A stretch of DNA of 61,064 nt from an uncultured Micavibrio sp. (GTDB taxonomy: Bacteria > Pseudomonadota > Alphaproteobacteria > Micavibrionales > Micavibrionaceae): NCBI GenBank assembly GCA_964423095.1, contig CAYRDI010000006.1, positions 1-61,064 of the forward strand, in the 5' to 3' direction. The position numbers and the translations under genes are program-made. Below, one piece after another: positions 16,634 to 26,921 of this stretch. Positions within the stretch are counted from its first letter, which is position 1. Each line of letters opens with the position of its first letter. A model generated the notes under the pieces. That model was not told the DNA's origin, did no database searches, and saw nothing but the letters and a program-made list of their open reading frames with translations.

Positions 16634-17404
16634 ATGCTTCAAAACTTTCTAACCACCGGAGTGTTTGCCTTTATCATCGTGTTCGTCCGGTTCGGGACGG
16701 CACTCATGATTATGCCGGGGATCGGGGATTCTTTCGTTCCGCAACGCATCCGGCTTTTGTTCGCGCTCGGCTTTTCGCTGGTGATGGCACCGGTGCTCCG
16801 CCATTACGTGCCCGATCCGTTGCCGGCCTTCGGGACGATGATCGCGTTGATCGTGGTGGAATTCATCACCGGATTGTTTATCGGCACCATCGCGCGGGTG
16901 TTGATGATGTCGCTGGATACGGCGGGGATGTTGGTGTCCTTGTCATCCGGTATTTCGAACGCGCAGATTTTCAACCCGCTGCTGTCCACACAAGGATCGG
17001 TGTTCGGGGCTTTCCTGTCTATCACCGGTGTGACTTTGCTGTTTGTGACAAACATGCACCATCTATTGATCCACGGTCTGGTCGAAAGTTACGAAATGTT
17101 CCCGATGGGAGGCGTTCTGGATACGGGCAGCATGGCTGAATTGATGGCCAAGGTTGTGTCGGCGAGCTTTTTAACCGGGTTCCAGATCGCCTTGCCGTTC
17201 ATCGTCATTTCGATGGTGTTGTATGTGGGGATGGGTGTTCTGTCGCGCCTGATGCCCCAGATGCAGATTTTCATGATCGCCATTCCGGTGCAGATCATGT
17301 TGGCCCTTGTTATCATGAGCCTGTCTATTTCGGCGATTTTGATGTTCTTCTTGTCCCGATTCGAAGACGGGATGGTTTATTTCCTGACACAAAGCGGGGG
17401 ATAG
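16634..17404 (+). CDS. fliR: Flagellar export apparatus protein FliR
   Basis: I start at MLQNFLTTGVFAF rather than at the ORF-track start 16595, which would overlap the previous gene. It is a polytopic protein with FliR-like blocks. Confidence 0.88.
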   Translation: MLQNFLTTGVFAFIIVFVRFGTALMIMPGIGDSFVPQRIRLLFALGFSLVMAPVLRHYVPDPLPAFGTMIALIVVEFITGLFIGTIARVLMMSLDTAGMLVSLSSGISNAQIFNPLLSTQGSVFGAFLSITGVTLLFVTNMHHLLIHGLVESYEMFPMGGVLDTGSMAELMAKVVSASFLTGFQIALPFIVISMVLYVGMGVLSRLMPQMQIFMIAIPVQIMLALVIMSLSISAILMFFLSRFEDGMVYFLTQSGG

Positions 17405-18478
17405 ATGAGCGACGAAGACCAGGACGATTCCAGCAAGACAGAAGACCCCACGCCCAAAAAACTGGAAGAGGCGCGAAAGAAAGGGCAGGTGCCCTTATCC
17501 CGCGAGGTGAACAACTGGATCATGTTGCTTGCGGGGACACTGGTCGTGCTCGGCATGGGCCCGGGGATGATGGAAGATTTGCTGATCACGCTGCGGACAT
17601 ATCTGGCGCAGACCGCGGATTTGCCGTCCGTCCCGGGCGGGATGCAGTTTGTGGTGATCGAAGCCTTGCGCCAGATTTTAAAAATCCTCGCCGTGCCGTT
17701 GTTGTTTTTGATGGCCGCGGCGTTTGCGGGGCCCTTTCTTCAGATCGGCCCGATTTTCGCGCCCGAAATCATCAAGTTCGATCTGAGCAAAATATCGCCG
17801 TCCAAGGGTATGGCGCGGTTGTTTTCGCTGCGATCCATCGTTGAATTTTTCAAGGGCGTCTTGAAGATTGTCGTCATTTCGGTGGTCGGTCTGGTCATTC
17901 TCAAACCCTATTTCGGTACCATCGAACATATGGTGGGCTTGCCCGTGCCGCAGGCGTTGGATGAAATGAAAACGCTGGTCATGCAATTGTTGATCGGCGT
18001 TCTTATCGTGCTGGCCATCATCGCCGCGATTGATCTGCTCTATCAGCGGTTCGAACACATGAAAAAAATGCGGATGACAAAACAGGAATTGAAGGACGAA
18101 TACCGCCAATCCGAAGGCGATCCGCATGTGAAGGCAAAACTGCGCCAGCTCCGTGCCGAGCGCGCCCGTGCGCGGATGATGCAGGCGGTTCCAAGTGCCG
18201 ATGTCGTAATCACGAACCCGACCCACTATTCGATTGCGTTGAAATACGATCCGGACAAGGACGATGCGCCGATGGTCGTGGCCAAGGGGGTTAACGAGCT
18301 TGCCTTGCGGATCCGGGAAGTGGCGCGTGAAAACGGTGTCACTATTTTGCCCAACCCGCCGTTGGCGCGCATTTTGTTCGATACGGTAGAGGTGGACGAA
18401 GCCGTACCGCCCGCGCATTACAAGGCTGTGGCCGAAATTATCTCTTATGTCTTCCGGTTGAAGGGAAAACTGACGTAA
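17405..18478 (+). CDS. flhB: Flagellar export switch protein FlhB
   Basis: 357 aa. N-terminal EDPTPKKLEEARKKGQVP, four TM, and the autocleavage motif NPTHY (VITNPTHYSIAL). Confidence 0.93.
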   Translation: MSDEDQDDSSKTEDPTPKKLEEARKKGQVPLSREVNNWIMLLAGTLVVLGMGPGMMEDLLITLRTYLAQTADLPSVPGGMQFVVIEALRQILKILAVPLLFLMAAAFAGPFLQIGPIFAPEIIKFDLSKISPSKGMARLFSLRSIVEFFKGVLKIVVISVVGLVILKPYFGTIEHMVGLPVPQALDEMKTLVMQLLIGVLIVLAIIAAIDLLYQRFEHMKKMRMTKQELKDEYRQSEGDPHVKAKLRQLRAERARARMMQAVPSADVVITNPTHYSIALKYDPDKDDAPMVVAKGVNELALRIREVARENGVTILPNPPLARILFDTVEVDEAVPPAHYKAVAEIISYVFRLKGKLT

Positions 18479-18533
18479 AACCGCTTTATCGGCTGGTCAA
18501 GTCTTTGGAAATTATGGCATTATTGCAATCGTC

Positions 18534-21032
18534 ATGACTTTAGACCATTCCGAATTCATCGCCCGCCAATCCCCCGGCCAAAAAGGACCGCCCCAGGGGC
18601 AGCGCCGCATGCGCAAAATTATCACATCGTTGATGGTGATCGTTTTGTATATGGGTGTATGCATTGCGCTTGGCATCATTTTGAACATCGACCAGAAAAC
18701 CATGATCGCAGCCGGCATCGCGTTTGTCATTGCGTCCGTTCTGGCGTTCATGTTCCAGCAGTTTTTATACAATTACGGCACGCGGGAGCGCGAGCGGCAG
18801 TTGATCCGCGAGGTGATGGAAGGAAGCCGCGGCGCGCGTCTGATTACCGACGGGGCGGACAATACGGTTTATACCAACCACCGTTTCGATGAATTGTGCA
18901 CGGGCGCGGAATTTCCATCGCTTCAGGCCCTGTCCGGTTTGTTCACAGACAATGACGAAGCCTATACCCATTTTCGCAATCTCGCCGAACAGGCGCAAAA
19001 AGGAATCCCGGATTCCATCGAACTAAAATCCCGTCAGGGCGATCATGAAAGCTGGTACGTCATCACGGCCCAACCTGTTGCCGGGTGGGCGGGGTATGTT
19101 CATTGGCGCATCGATGATGTCACCGAACAACGGGATCTGGACCGCAGCGTGCGCGAAGAACGCGAAAAGCTGATCGATTTCACGGACAACGCCCCTGTCG
19201 GATTTTTTTCCGTCGATGAAAAAGGCCGGTTCGTGTTCGTGAATGCGACCTTGGCAAGATGGCTGGGCGAAGGGATACAATATGTCCTGACCGAAGGCAC
19301 CCTACACGCATTTATGGAAGCCGCACCGGAAGGGGCGGCCCCATACGACATCACGGAAAAAGGCGGCACGCGGCAGGTGGCAGAAGTCATGATGAAGGGT
19401 GCTGGCGGACGCACCTTTCTTGCATCCGTCAACCAGACGGTCGTGTTCGAAACAGAAGGGCGCGTGCGTACCCGCGGCGTCATACACGATTTAACATCCG
19501 AACGGGAAATGCGTCAGGCATTGCAAGCCTCCGAAGACCGTTTCCAGAGATTTTTCGAAGAAGCCCCGCTGGGCATTGCGCTGGTCGATGACAAGGGCGT
19601 TATCCAGGATTGCAACGCCGCGTTGGCCGCGATGCTAGGCAATGAAACCACGGCGGTGGAGGGCAAGGGCCTGAAAGCCATCCTGTCCGAAGAAGACCGT
19701 GATAAAACGCTGGGGGCACTCGCCAAAATCGGACAGGGGCAGCAGATGCCGGGGCCGATCGAAGTGATGTTGAAGGGCCGCAACAGCGTATCCGTTCAAA
19801 TGCATGCCCGTAAAATCAAGGGCAGCGACAATATCGTTTTGCACTTCATCGACCTGACCGAACAAAAACGTCTGGAACAACAATTCGTCCAATCACAAAA
19901 GATGCAGGCGATCGGCCAGCTCGCCGGCGGTATTGCGCATGACTTCAACAACCTGCTCACGGCCATCATCGGGTTTTGTGATCTGTTGTTTCTGCGCCAC
20001 AAACCGGGCGACCCGTCCTTTGCCGACATCATGCAGATCAAGCAAAACTCCAACCGCGCCGCCAACCTTGTGCGCCAGTTGTTGGCCTTTTCGCGCCAGC
20101 AAACCCTGCGCCCGCGCGTGCAGGACGTCACGGACATTCTGACCGAAGTTTCGCATCTGCTCCGCCGTCTGATCGGTGCGAACATCGAACTCGATTTGAA
20201 CCACGGCAACAATCTGGGGCTGGTGAAGGTGGATGTGGGGCAGATGGAACAGGTGCTCATCAACCTCGCCGTCAACGCCCGCGATGCGATGGAGGGTGGC
20301 GGCAAGCTCAGCATCACCACCGAAAATTTTGACAACAGGGCACCTGTGAAATGCTGCGATGATGAAATGCCCGCGGGGCATTGGGTTGCCATTCACGTCA
20401 AGGACACAGGCACGGGGATTTCAAAAGAAAACCTGGGCCGCATTCTGGAACCGTTTTTTACCACGAAGGATGTGGGACAGGGGACGGGGCTGGGCCTTGC
20501 CACCGTGTATGGGATCATTCGGCAAACGGGCGGGTATCTGGCCATTGATTCCACGGTGGGAATCGGCACCACCTTTACCATCTATCTGCCGCGCCTGTCC
20601 GAAGTGGAAGCGCAGCGGGATATAGAAATCACGCGACCCGAAGAAGAAGTGGCAAAAGATTTGACCGGTACGGCGCGCATCTTGCTGGTCGAAGACGAAG
20701 ATGCGGTGCGGACGTTCTCGACCCGCGCGCTCACCAACAAGGGATATTCCGTTCTGGGCGCCGAAAGTGGGGAAGCCGCGCTTGCGTTGCTGCAGGCCGA
20801 AGACATTAAAACGATCGATCTTTTGATCACCGATGTGATGATGCCCGGGATGGACGGGCCGACGATGGCGAACAAAATCCGGGAACGCAGCCCGGATTTG
20901 AAAATCATCTTTATTTCCGGTTATACCGAAGACAAGCTCAAAGACCATATGGGCAAGGGTATTTTCTTCCTGCCCAAGCCTTTCACGCTCAAACAACTCG
21001 CCGAAAAGGTTAAAGAGGCGATGGAGGGGTAA
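18534..21032 (+). CDS. cckA: Hybrid sensor histidine kinase/response regulator, CckA-like
   Basis: Two N-terminal TM segments and PAS repeats. H-box GQLAGGIAHDFNNLLTAIIGFCDLL, then FADIMQIKQNSNRAANLVRQLLAFSRQQTL, N/G boxes and a C-terminal receiver. I recognise this H-box neighbourhood as CckA-type, so the symbol is tentative. The start could instead be at 18609. Confidence 0.6.
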   Translation: MTLDHSEFIARQSPGQKGPPQGQRRMRKIITSLMVIVLYMGVCIALGIILNIDQKTMIAAGIAFVIASVLAFMFQQFLYNYGTRERERQLIREVMEGSRGARLITDGADNTVYTNHRFDELCTGAEFPSLQALSGLFTDNDEAYTHFRNLAEQAQKGIPDSIELKSRQGDHESWYVITAQPVAGWAGYVHWRIDDVTEQRDLDRSVREEREKLIDFTDNAPVGFFSVDEKGRFVFVNATLARWLGEGIQYVLTEGTLHAFMEAAPEGAAPYDITEKGGTRQVAEVMMKGAGGRTFLASVNQTVVFETEGRVRTRGVIHDLTSEREMRQALQASEDRFQRFFEEAPLGIALVDDKGVIQDCNAALAAMLGNETTAVEGKGLKAILSEEDRDKTLGALAKIGQGQQMPGPIEVMLKGRNSVSVQMHARKIKGSDNIVLHFIDLTEQKRLEQQFVQSQKMQAIGQLAGGIAHDFNNLLTAIIGFCDLLFLRHKPGDPSFADIMQIKQNSNRAANLVRQLLAFSRQQTLRPRVQDVTDILTEVSHLLRRLIGANIELDLNHGNNLGLVKVDVGQMEQVLINLAVNARDAMEGGGKLSITTENFDNRAPVKCCDDEMPAGHWVAIHVKDTGTGISKENLGRILEPFFTTKDVGQGTGLGLATVYGIIRQTGGYLAIDSTVGIGTTFTIYLPRLSEVEAQRDIEITRPEEEVAKDLTGTARILLVEDEDAVRTFSTRALTNKGYSVLGAESGEAALALLQAEDIKTIDLLITDVMMPGMDGPTMANKIRERSPDLKIIFISGYTEDKLKDHMGKGIFFLPKPFTLKQLAEKVKEAMEG

Positions 21033-21105
21033 TCTATTCCTCTGGAAGAAACCCACCCACTTTAATGTTTGACATATCTCCCCGTGTTGCTATGAATGCC
21101 TCATT

Positions 21106-23031
21106 ATGTTGAGTTCTTCTGAGGGTCTGTTACGGGTTGCTTATCGCGAGGTCGCTGCGACCTTGTCTGCGCCGGCTGTTCCTTCTGATTTTTTCCCTAC
21201 AAATGTTTTTGATGATTTGGCCGTTCAGCGTGGCTTTCTGGATCTGAGAGGTCTTGCCCTACGTGCCTATGATGGCAAATCTCTCGCCAAAATGGCACCA
21301 GAATGGAGTGATGATAAAACGGCCTGGCTTAGTGCACTGGATGCCTTTGCCACGGTTTTTTCGGACATTCCAGACAATATGCCAGGGGCGTTAAACAACA
21401 TAGGCGCATTTCATGCGTATGTTTCGTCAGGTGATTACAGGCACGAACCTGGCTTTGACAAGGCTGCCTATATTGTTACACATGACTTTTTGAAAAAAAT
21501 ATTTCCTGAACGTCACGACTTCAAAACACAAATTGTCTATAGCGCGGAAGAGTTGGAGCGTGCGCAGGCAACGCGTGGTTTGTATGCGGAGCGACTTGAG
21601 CGGAATGCATCCCTTATAAAAGCGGTTATTGAGGAAGTCCCTGATCCGCAGGCACTGGCACATATCTTGGCCGGTTCCGTCGGGAATGTCCGTCGCATGG
21701 ATGAATCCAAAGACATCTTTGAAAAAATGCTCGCAGATATAACAAGCGCGGGTTTGGTGGTGCCCAAGGAACTCTTACTGCTTCTGGCGGCAGATGACTT
21801 TAAAGATGAAAATCTAAAAGCTCTTCGTAGACTTTTTTCGTTGGATCATAGCAACGATGAAGTCGTATCCGCGGAACGACGTTTGAAGACAGAAGAGTTC
21901 CATTTAAAAAAGCAGGAAAAAAAGATAGCCCTATATCAACGGTCTTTGCGACGGGCGACAAATACCAGGAAGAAAAAGAAAATCCACCAACGGCTTGATG
22001 GTCTTCGGCATGATTTTGCAATCAGGGAGAGCAAGGTCGCCGCGCTTCGGACGCTCGCACAAAGTGAGGAGAAGGATAGACAGGCTTTAGGGGACATTTT
22101 AAAAGGCTATAAACATTTTTTTATGACGCATATCGAACCGCAAAGACAGGTGCGTCAGCTTCAGGACGAGACGCTGGATGATCTTTACGTTAAATATGCG
22201 CAAGATTTGAAAATGGCCAACCGGATCGGGCGGCAAATGGCACAATATATTCTCTCACCCGTTTCAACGCGGCTGGAGCGGTTTCAGTCAGAGGGCATTC
22301 TGGACAGCGGTTTGCTTCCCGGTATTGTGATTGATCCGTTCTCGGCGGCGGCGGCAAACCCATATTATCAAAGGCAGGAAAGTTTCGGGCAAAAGCTGGA
22401 TACCTGTATCACACTGCTTGCCGACAAATCCGGTTCCATGAGGGGAGAAAAGATTGCGATGGCCTACATTGCGGCGGAACGTTTGGCATACTGGCTATCG
22501 ACCGCAGGGGTGCAGATGGAAGTTTTGAGTTATACAGACACGGATTACAGGATTTACAAGGAATTTTCAGCACCGTTCAAACCAAATGAAACCAAAAAAA
22601 TAATGGGGGGGCTTTTGACGGGGAGGATGTCTTCAACCCCGACAAAGGAAGCAACGGTCTGGGCCCATGACCGGTTGCTTCGCGGCCCGGCAAAACGGAA
22701 AATCATGATGGTGTTGACGGACGGTGAGCCAGATAATAAAGGCAGTCTGTTGCGCGTTCATCGCTGGATTGAAGGACGTAGCCCCATAGAGCTTGTCGGT
22801 GTGGGGATTATGCATGATGTGTCCGATTCTTATGAGCGCCACATCTATGTCGAAAAACCAAGTGATCTGATTGAAAGCATGGCCGCGCAAGTGCGCGCGA
22901 TGATGGATCGCCCTCAAGAAAGTTATCAACGTTTGAAGCGGACACCCCAATCTGCGGCCGATTTTTTTGGTGTTCACGTCGACGAAAAGAAGCTCAGAAG
23001 CCGGAAAGTGCTTATGGAGCCCAAAATTTAA
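21106..23031 (+). CDS. CobT-like vWA (MIDAS) domain protein with divergent N-terminal region
   Basis: 641 aa. The C-terminal third carries LLADKSGSMRG (the DxSxS MIDAS motif), ATVWAHDRL, KIMMVLTDGEPD and IEGRSPIELVGVGIMHDV, in the same order as the cobaltochelatase CobT C-terminus as I recall it. The N-terminal roughly 400 aa are unrecognised, with a Lys/Arg-rich coiled coil. The DNA is visibly AT-richer than its flanks. Confidence 0.72.
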   Translation: MLSSSEGLLRVAYREVAATLSAPAVPSDFFPTNVFDDLAVQRGFLDLRGLALRAYDGKSLAKMAPEWSDDKTAWLSALDAFATVFSDIPDNMPGALNNIGAFHAYVSSGDYRHEPGFDKAAYIVTHDFLKKIFPERHDFKTQIVYSAEELERAQATRGLYAERLERNASLIKAVIEEVPDPQALAHILAGSVGNVRRMDESKDIFEKMLADITSAGLVVPKELLLLLAADDFKDENLKALRRLFSLDHSNDEVVSAERRLKTEEFHLKKQEKKIALYQRSLRRATNTRKKKKIHQRLDGLRHDFAIRESKVAALRTLAQSEEKDRQALGDILKGYKHFFMTHIEPQRQVRQLQDETLDDLYVKYAQDLKMANRIGRQMAQYILSPVSTRLERFQSEGILDSGLLPGIVIDPFSAAAANPYYQRQESFGQKLDTCITLLADKSGSMRGEKIAMAYIAAERLAYWLSTAGVQMEVLSYTDTDYRIYKEFSAPFKPNETKKIMGGLLTGRMSSTPTKEATVWAHDRLLRGPAKRKIMMVLTDGEPDNKGSLLRVHRWIEGRSPIELVGVGIMHDVSDSYERHIYVEKPSDLIESMAAQVRAMMDRPQESYQRLKRTPQSAADFFGVHVDEKKLRSRKVLMEPKI

Positions 23032-23101
23032 AGTGCTGCTTTTTTATGATCATCCCGTAAAAACCCGCCGGATTGTACAGGTGGTTAGCTTTTATACCTA
23101 T

Positions 23102-23551
23102 CTATGGCGTCTTTTTGAGATAGGAAATAAGCGTCCTTTTAACAAAGGGGATAATTTTCAAAGTTTTTATTTCATCTGGTGAAAAAAATTGAAGATCCGT
23201 TCCTTCGTTGATTTGAAGTTCCATCAGGTTCTTGTCAATCTTGCCATAAAAAACAGAAACAAGTTCGTTGCGTCCATTTGAATCTATCGTGGTCGCGTAT
23301 AATGTTAGGTGGCTTACGTCATACCCTATTTCTTCTTTTACCTCTCGCTGCGCAGCCTCTTCGGGTGTTTCTCCATGCTCTTTCATGCCACCCGGAACCG
23401 TCCAGTATCCGGGGTAGATGATATTGGGGATGTCGTCCCGCAAATGAAGAAGAACTTTATTTTCTGGATTTATAAGGATGACAATAGAGGCTTCACCCGC
23501 GTATAGCCGGTTTTTGATTTTGACTTCATCGTCTTCTTCTATGTGTATCAC
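23102..23551 (-). CDS. NUDIX hydrolase
   Basis: 149 aa with a complete Nudix box GMKEHGETPEEAAQREVKEEIGY (GX5EX7REVXEEXGY). GTG start. Very AT-rich compared with its neighbours. Confidence 0.85.
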   Translation of the reverse strand: MIHIEEDDEVKIKNRLYAGEASIVILINPENKVLLHLRDDIPNIIYPGYWTVPGGMKEHGETPEEAAQREVKEEIGYDVSHLTLYATTIDSNGRNELVSVFYGKIDKNLMELQINEGTDLQFFSPDEIKTLKIIPFVKRTLISYLKKTP

Positions 23552-23562
23552 GATAGTCTCTA

Positions 23563-25431
23563 TTAAACAGTACGCTGATGATCGTCATTTAAAAAACCGC
23601 CGGATTGCAGGTTCCAGAGACGGGCATACAAGCCGCCCTGATGGAGGAGGTCAATGTGCCGCCCGTCTTCGATGATCTTGCCATCCTGCAAGACGATCAA
23701 ACGATCCAGATGCGCGATGGTGGACAGGCGGTGGGCGATGACCAGCACGGTGCGGTCCTTCATCACATCTTCCAATGCTTTTTGAATCAGTTTTTCGGAT
23801 TCGGAATCGAGGCTCGCGGTGGCTTCGTCCAATATAAGGATCGGCGCATTCTTTAAAATCGCGCGGGCGATGGCAATACGTTGCCGCTGGCCGCCGGACA
23901 GTTTCACGCCGCGTTCGCCCACCGTGGAATCATACCCCGTATTGCCGCGCGCATCTTTCAATTCCATGATGAAATCATGCGCCTGCGCGCGTTTGGCGGC
24001 TTCGATAATCGCATCCTCGCTGGCCTCGGGCAGGCCATAGGCGATATTTTCGCGCACGGTGCGGTGGAGCATATCGGCCATTTGCGGAATGACCGCGATA
24101 TTCCGGCGCAAAGAATCCTGTGTGACCTCCGCGATGTTTTGCCCGTCGATCAAGATTTCACCGCCCTGTACATCATGCAGGCGCAGGATGAGCTGCATCA
24201 GGGTTGATTTTCCCGCACCCGATGGGCCGACGAGTCCGACGCGTTGGTTTGCCTTAATCTCCAGATCGAAGTTTTTGAACATTGGCCGCGACGGATAGGA
24301 AAAATCGACATTCCTGAACTGTACCACCGGCGTTTTCACCATAAGGTCTTTAGCGTTCGGTTTGTCCGTGACTTCATGCGCATGAACAACAGCCTCCATG
24401 CCTTCCTGCACTTCGCCCAGCCGTTCAAAGAAACCCGTGTAGATTTCCGTGAGCCAGAAGGTGGCCGAAATCATGTTGAGCGCCATGGGCAGGATCATCG
24501 AAATTTGCGCGGTGGTCAGCGAATCCTTGTTCCACGCATCCACGGCCGCGACAATGAGTGCCAGCATGATGGAAGAGTTCAGGATGTGTTGCACACGGAA
24601 CATCGCTGTGATGGTGACTTCCTGTTTGGCAACGGCACTTGCATTGTCATGCAGGCTTTCCTTGAAATACGAATCCTCGAAATCGCGCCGCGCAAAAATC
24701 TTGACCAGAAAGATATTGGTGACGATGTCCACAAACCGCCCGCGCATCACGCTGCGTTTTTGCGAGGCGGCGTGCGACATCCTTGTAATCTTCGGAATAA
24801 AATAGCGAAGGTTCAGAAGGTAAAGGCAGATATAGACAGCCGTAAACCCGACGAAATATTTTCCGATCCAGGAAAATACCGCAAGCGTGGTCAGGAATGT
24901 CGTCGCGGCGTAAATGAACGGCCCCGTGATGTCGTTGACGATCTGCCGCATCGCATAGGGCATCTCAAGCACTTTACCGGCAAGACGTCCGGCAAAATCA
25001 TCCTGAAAATAACGATAGGAATGTTGATGCAGGTAAAGCGCGAGTTGACGGCGCACCATTGCTGCATAATAGGGCAGGGTCACGGAATTCAAATATCCCT
25101 GGCTGTTGTACAGAACCGGCACGGCCACAAGAATGAGCGTTGTGTATAACACCAGCGGCGATTGCAGATGGTCCCAGATCATCGTTTTGTCCGTTGTCTC
25201 GACAAACACCGCGATGATTTTGCCAAAGAAAAAGGCGGAGAGGGAGCCAAGGCATCCCGCGATGACCCCCATGCCGGCGAGAATCGCGAGCCGCCCTTTG
25301 ATTTGCCGCATGAAAAACCACAAAAACCCCGGCACCGTATTGGGAAGGGTCTGCAGGCCGCTGGCGGGAAGTTTTTCAATAATATTGCCGTGTTGCATGG
25401 GACGCCGACTATAGGCACGGAAATCCGCCAT
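23563..25431 (-). CDS. ABC exporter, fused permease/ATPase (MsbA/ABCB-type)
   Basis: 622 aa. Six-TM N-terminal half, Walker A GPSGAGKST, signature LSGGQRQR, Walker B ILILDEA. Confidence 0.9.
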   Translation of the reverse strand: MADFRAYSRRPMQHGNIIEKLPASGLQTLPNTVPGFLWFFMRQIKGRLAILAGMGVIAGCLGSLSAFFFGKIIAVFVETTDKTMIWDHLQSPLVLYTTLILVAVPVLYNSQGYLNSVTLPYYAAMVRRQLALYLHQHSYRYFQDDFAGRLAGKVLEMPYAMRQIVNDITGPFIYAATTFLTTLAVFSWIGKYFVGFTAVYICLYLLNLRYFIPKITRMSHAASQKRSVMRGRFVDIVTNIFLVKIFARRDFEDSYFKESLHDNASAVAKQEVTITAMFRVQHILNSSIMLALIVAAVDAWNKDSLTTAQISMILPMALNMISATFWLTEIYTGFFERLGEVQEGMEAVVHAHEVTDKPNAKDLMVKTPVVQFRNVDFSYPSRPMFKNFDLEIKANQRVGLVGPSGAGKSTLMQLILRLHDVQGGEILIDGQNIAEVTQDSLRRNIAVIPQMADMLHRTVRENIAYGLPEASEDAIIEAAKRAQAHDFIMELKDARGNTGYDSTVGERGVKLSGGQRQRIAIARAILKNAPILILDEATASLDSESEKLIQKALEDVMKDRTVLVIAHRLSTIAHLDRLIVLQDGKIIEDGRHIDLLHQGGLYARLWNLQSGGFLNDDHQRTV

Positions 25432-25452
25432 TTCAAGTGGTTAAAATTTTTT

Positions 25453-25467
25453 GTTCTATTTTCGTTC
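25453..25467. promoter_or_regulatory. Alphaproteobacterial SOS (LexA) box GTTC-N7-GTTC
   Basis: GTTC TATTTTC GTTC is an exact match to the direct-repeat LexA operator described for Rhodobacter/Rhizobium recA. It sits in the divergent region between the ABC exporter and recA. Confidence 0.6.
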
Positions 25468-25583
25468 TTTTGTGTTGACCATGAGAACAAACCATGTACG
25501 ATAAGGATCACAAGATCGTTGTGAGTACCTCTCCCCGTTTCGTTGAAACACCCCGTTCACCTATGCCAGAAAAGGATAAAGTC

Positions 25584-26756
25584 ATGTCAGTAACCCCGTT
25601 CAAAAAGGATGAATTTATGGACAGCAAAAGTGCCGCCGACAAAAGCAAGGCCCTCGAAGCCGCGTTGACGCAGATCGAACGGGCGTTCGGCAAAGGTTCC
25701 GTGATGAAGCTGAATGGCGAAAACAATGCGCTGAACGTGGAGGCAATTTCCACGGGGTCGCTGGGCCTTGATATTGCGCTTGGTATCGGCGGTCTGCCGC
25801 GTGGACGGATCACGGAAATTTACGGACCGGAATCTTCGGGGAAAACCACGCTGGCATTACAGGTGATTGCCGAAGCGCAAAAGGCGGGCGGCACCTGTGC
25901 CATCGTTGATGCGGAACACGCGCTCGACCCGTCCTATGCCAAAAAACTGGGCGTTGATCTGGACAATCTTCTGATCTCCCAACCCGATGCGGGCGAACAG
26001 GCCCTGGAAATTGCCGATACGCTGGTGCGTTCCAACGCGATCGATGTTCTGGTGGTGGATTCGGTGGCGGCCCTTGTGCCACGTGCCGAACTGGAAGGGG
26101 AAATGGGTGATACGCATGTGGGATTACAGGCCCGTTTGATGTCGCAAGCGTTGCGCAAACTCACGGGTTCCATTTCCAAATCCCGTTGCGTCGTTATTTT
26201 CATCAACCAGATCCGGATGAAGATCGGCGTGATGTTCGGCTCCCCCGAAACGACGACGGGCGGGAATGCGTTGAAATTCTACGCATCTGTCCGGCTTGAT
26301 ATTCGCCGGATCGGTTCGATCAAGGAACGCGAAACGGTGGTTGGAAACCAGACACGGATCAAGGTGGTCAAAAACAAGATGGCTCCGCCGTTCCGTCAGG
26401 TGGAATTCGACATCATGTACGGCGAAGGTATTTCCAAAACCGGTGAAATTATCGATCTGGGCGTCAATGCAAACCTTGTTGAAAAATCCGGCGCATGGTT
26501 TGCGGCGGAAGGGGAGCGCATCGGTCAGGGCCGTGAAAACGCCAAACAATATCTGCGCGACAATCCTTCGATGATGCTAACGCTCGAAAACAAGATCCGC
26601 GCCAATGCCGGACTGGTGGCCGAAGCGATGCTGGTGGGGCCGGATGCGGAAAACACAGCCGAATCATCCAGCGACGATGTGGCACCGGAAATGGATGGCG
26701 GTGAAGACGATGCCGCACCCGTTGCCAAAGGCCGGGGAAAAAAGGCCGCCGGGTGA
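25584..26756 (+). CDS. recA: Recombinase RecA
   Basis: [25 protein letters not shown], Walker [10 protein letters not shown] and the full RecA core. The start is ambiguous: 25584 and 25617 both have an AAGGA SD, and the ORF opens at 25494. There is an unusually long acidic/Gly-Lys C-terminal tail. Confidence 0.95.
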   Translation: MSVTPFKKDEFMDSKSAADKSKALEAALTQIERAFGKGSVMKLNGENNALNVEAISTGSLGLDIALGIGGLPRGRITEIYGPESSGKTTLALQVIAEAQKAGGTCAIVDAEHALDPSYAKKLGVDLDNLLISQPDAGEQALEIADTLVRSNAIDVLVVDSVAALVPRAELEGEMGDTHVGLQARLMSQALRKLTGSISKSRCVVIFINQIRMKIGVMFGSPETTTGGNALKFYASVRLDIRRIGSIKERETVVGNQTRIKVVKNKMAPPFRQVEFDIMYGEGISKTGEIIDLGVNANLVEKSGAWFAAEGERIGQGRENAKQYLRDNPSMMLTLENKIRANAGLVAEAMLVGPDAENTAESSSDDVAPEMDGGEDDAAPVAKGRGKKAAG

Positions 26757-26816
26757 TCACCATAAAATTTAGAGGGTTTTGAAGACTTACACATTTTCAT
26801 CGTTCCCGATCATCGA

Positions 26817-26848
26817 CCCCCGCACCGAACCGGTTTGCGGGGGTTTTT
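26817..26848 (+). terminator. Rho-independent terminator after recA
   Basis: 8-bp stem CCCCCGCA/TGCGGGGG (26817-24 / 26836-43) followed by TTTTT. Confidence 0.6.
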
Positions 26849-26921
26849 GATGGGATATGGCGGTGAAGGCCGTTTTTGGATGCCAGCCGTTACTAGCATG
26901 CTCCATTTGATGATGAAAAAG

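Noticed and set aside
25485-25499. Second SOS box GAAC-N7-GTAC before recA
   Set aside because: It has one mismatch in the second half-site and the opposite orientation to the first box. I mention it in the findings but do not annotate it as a feature.
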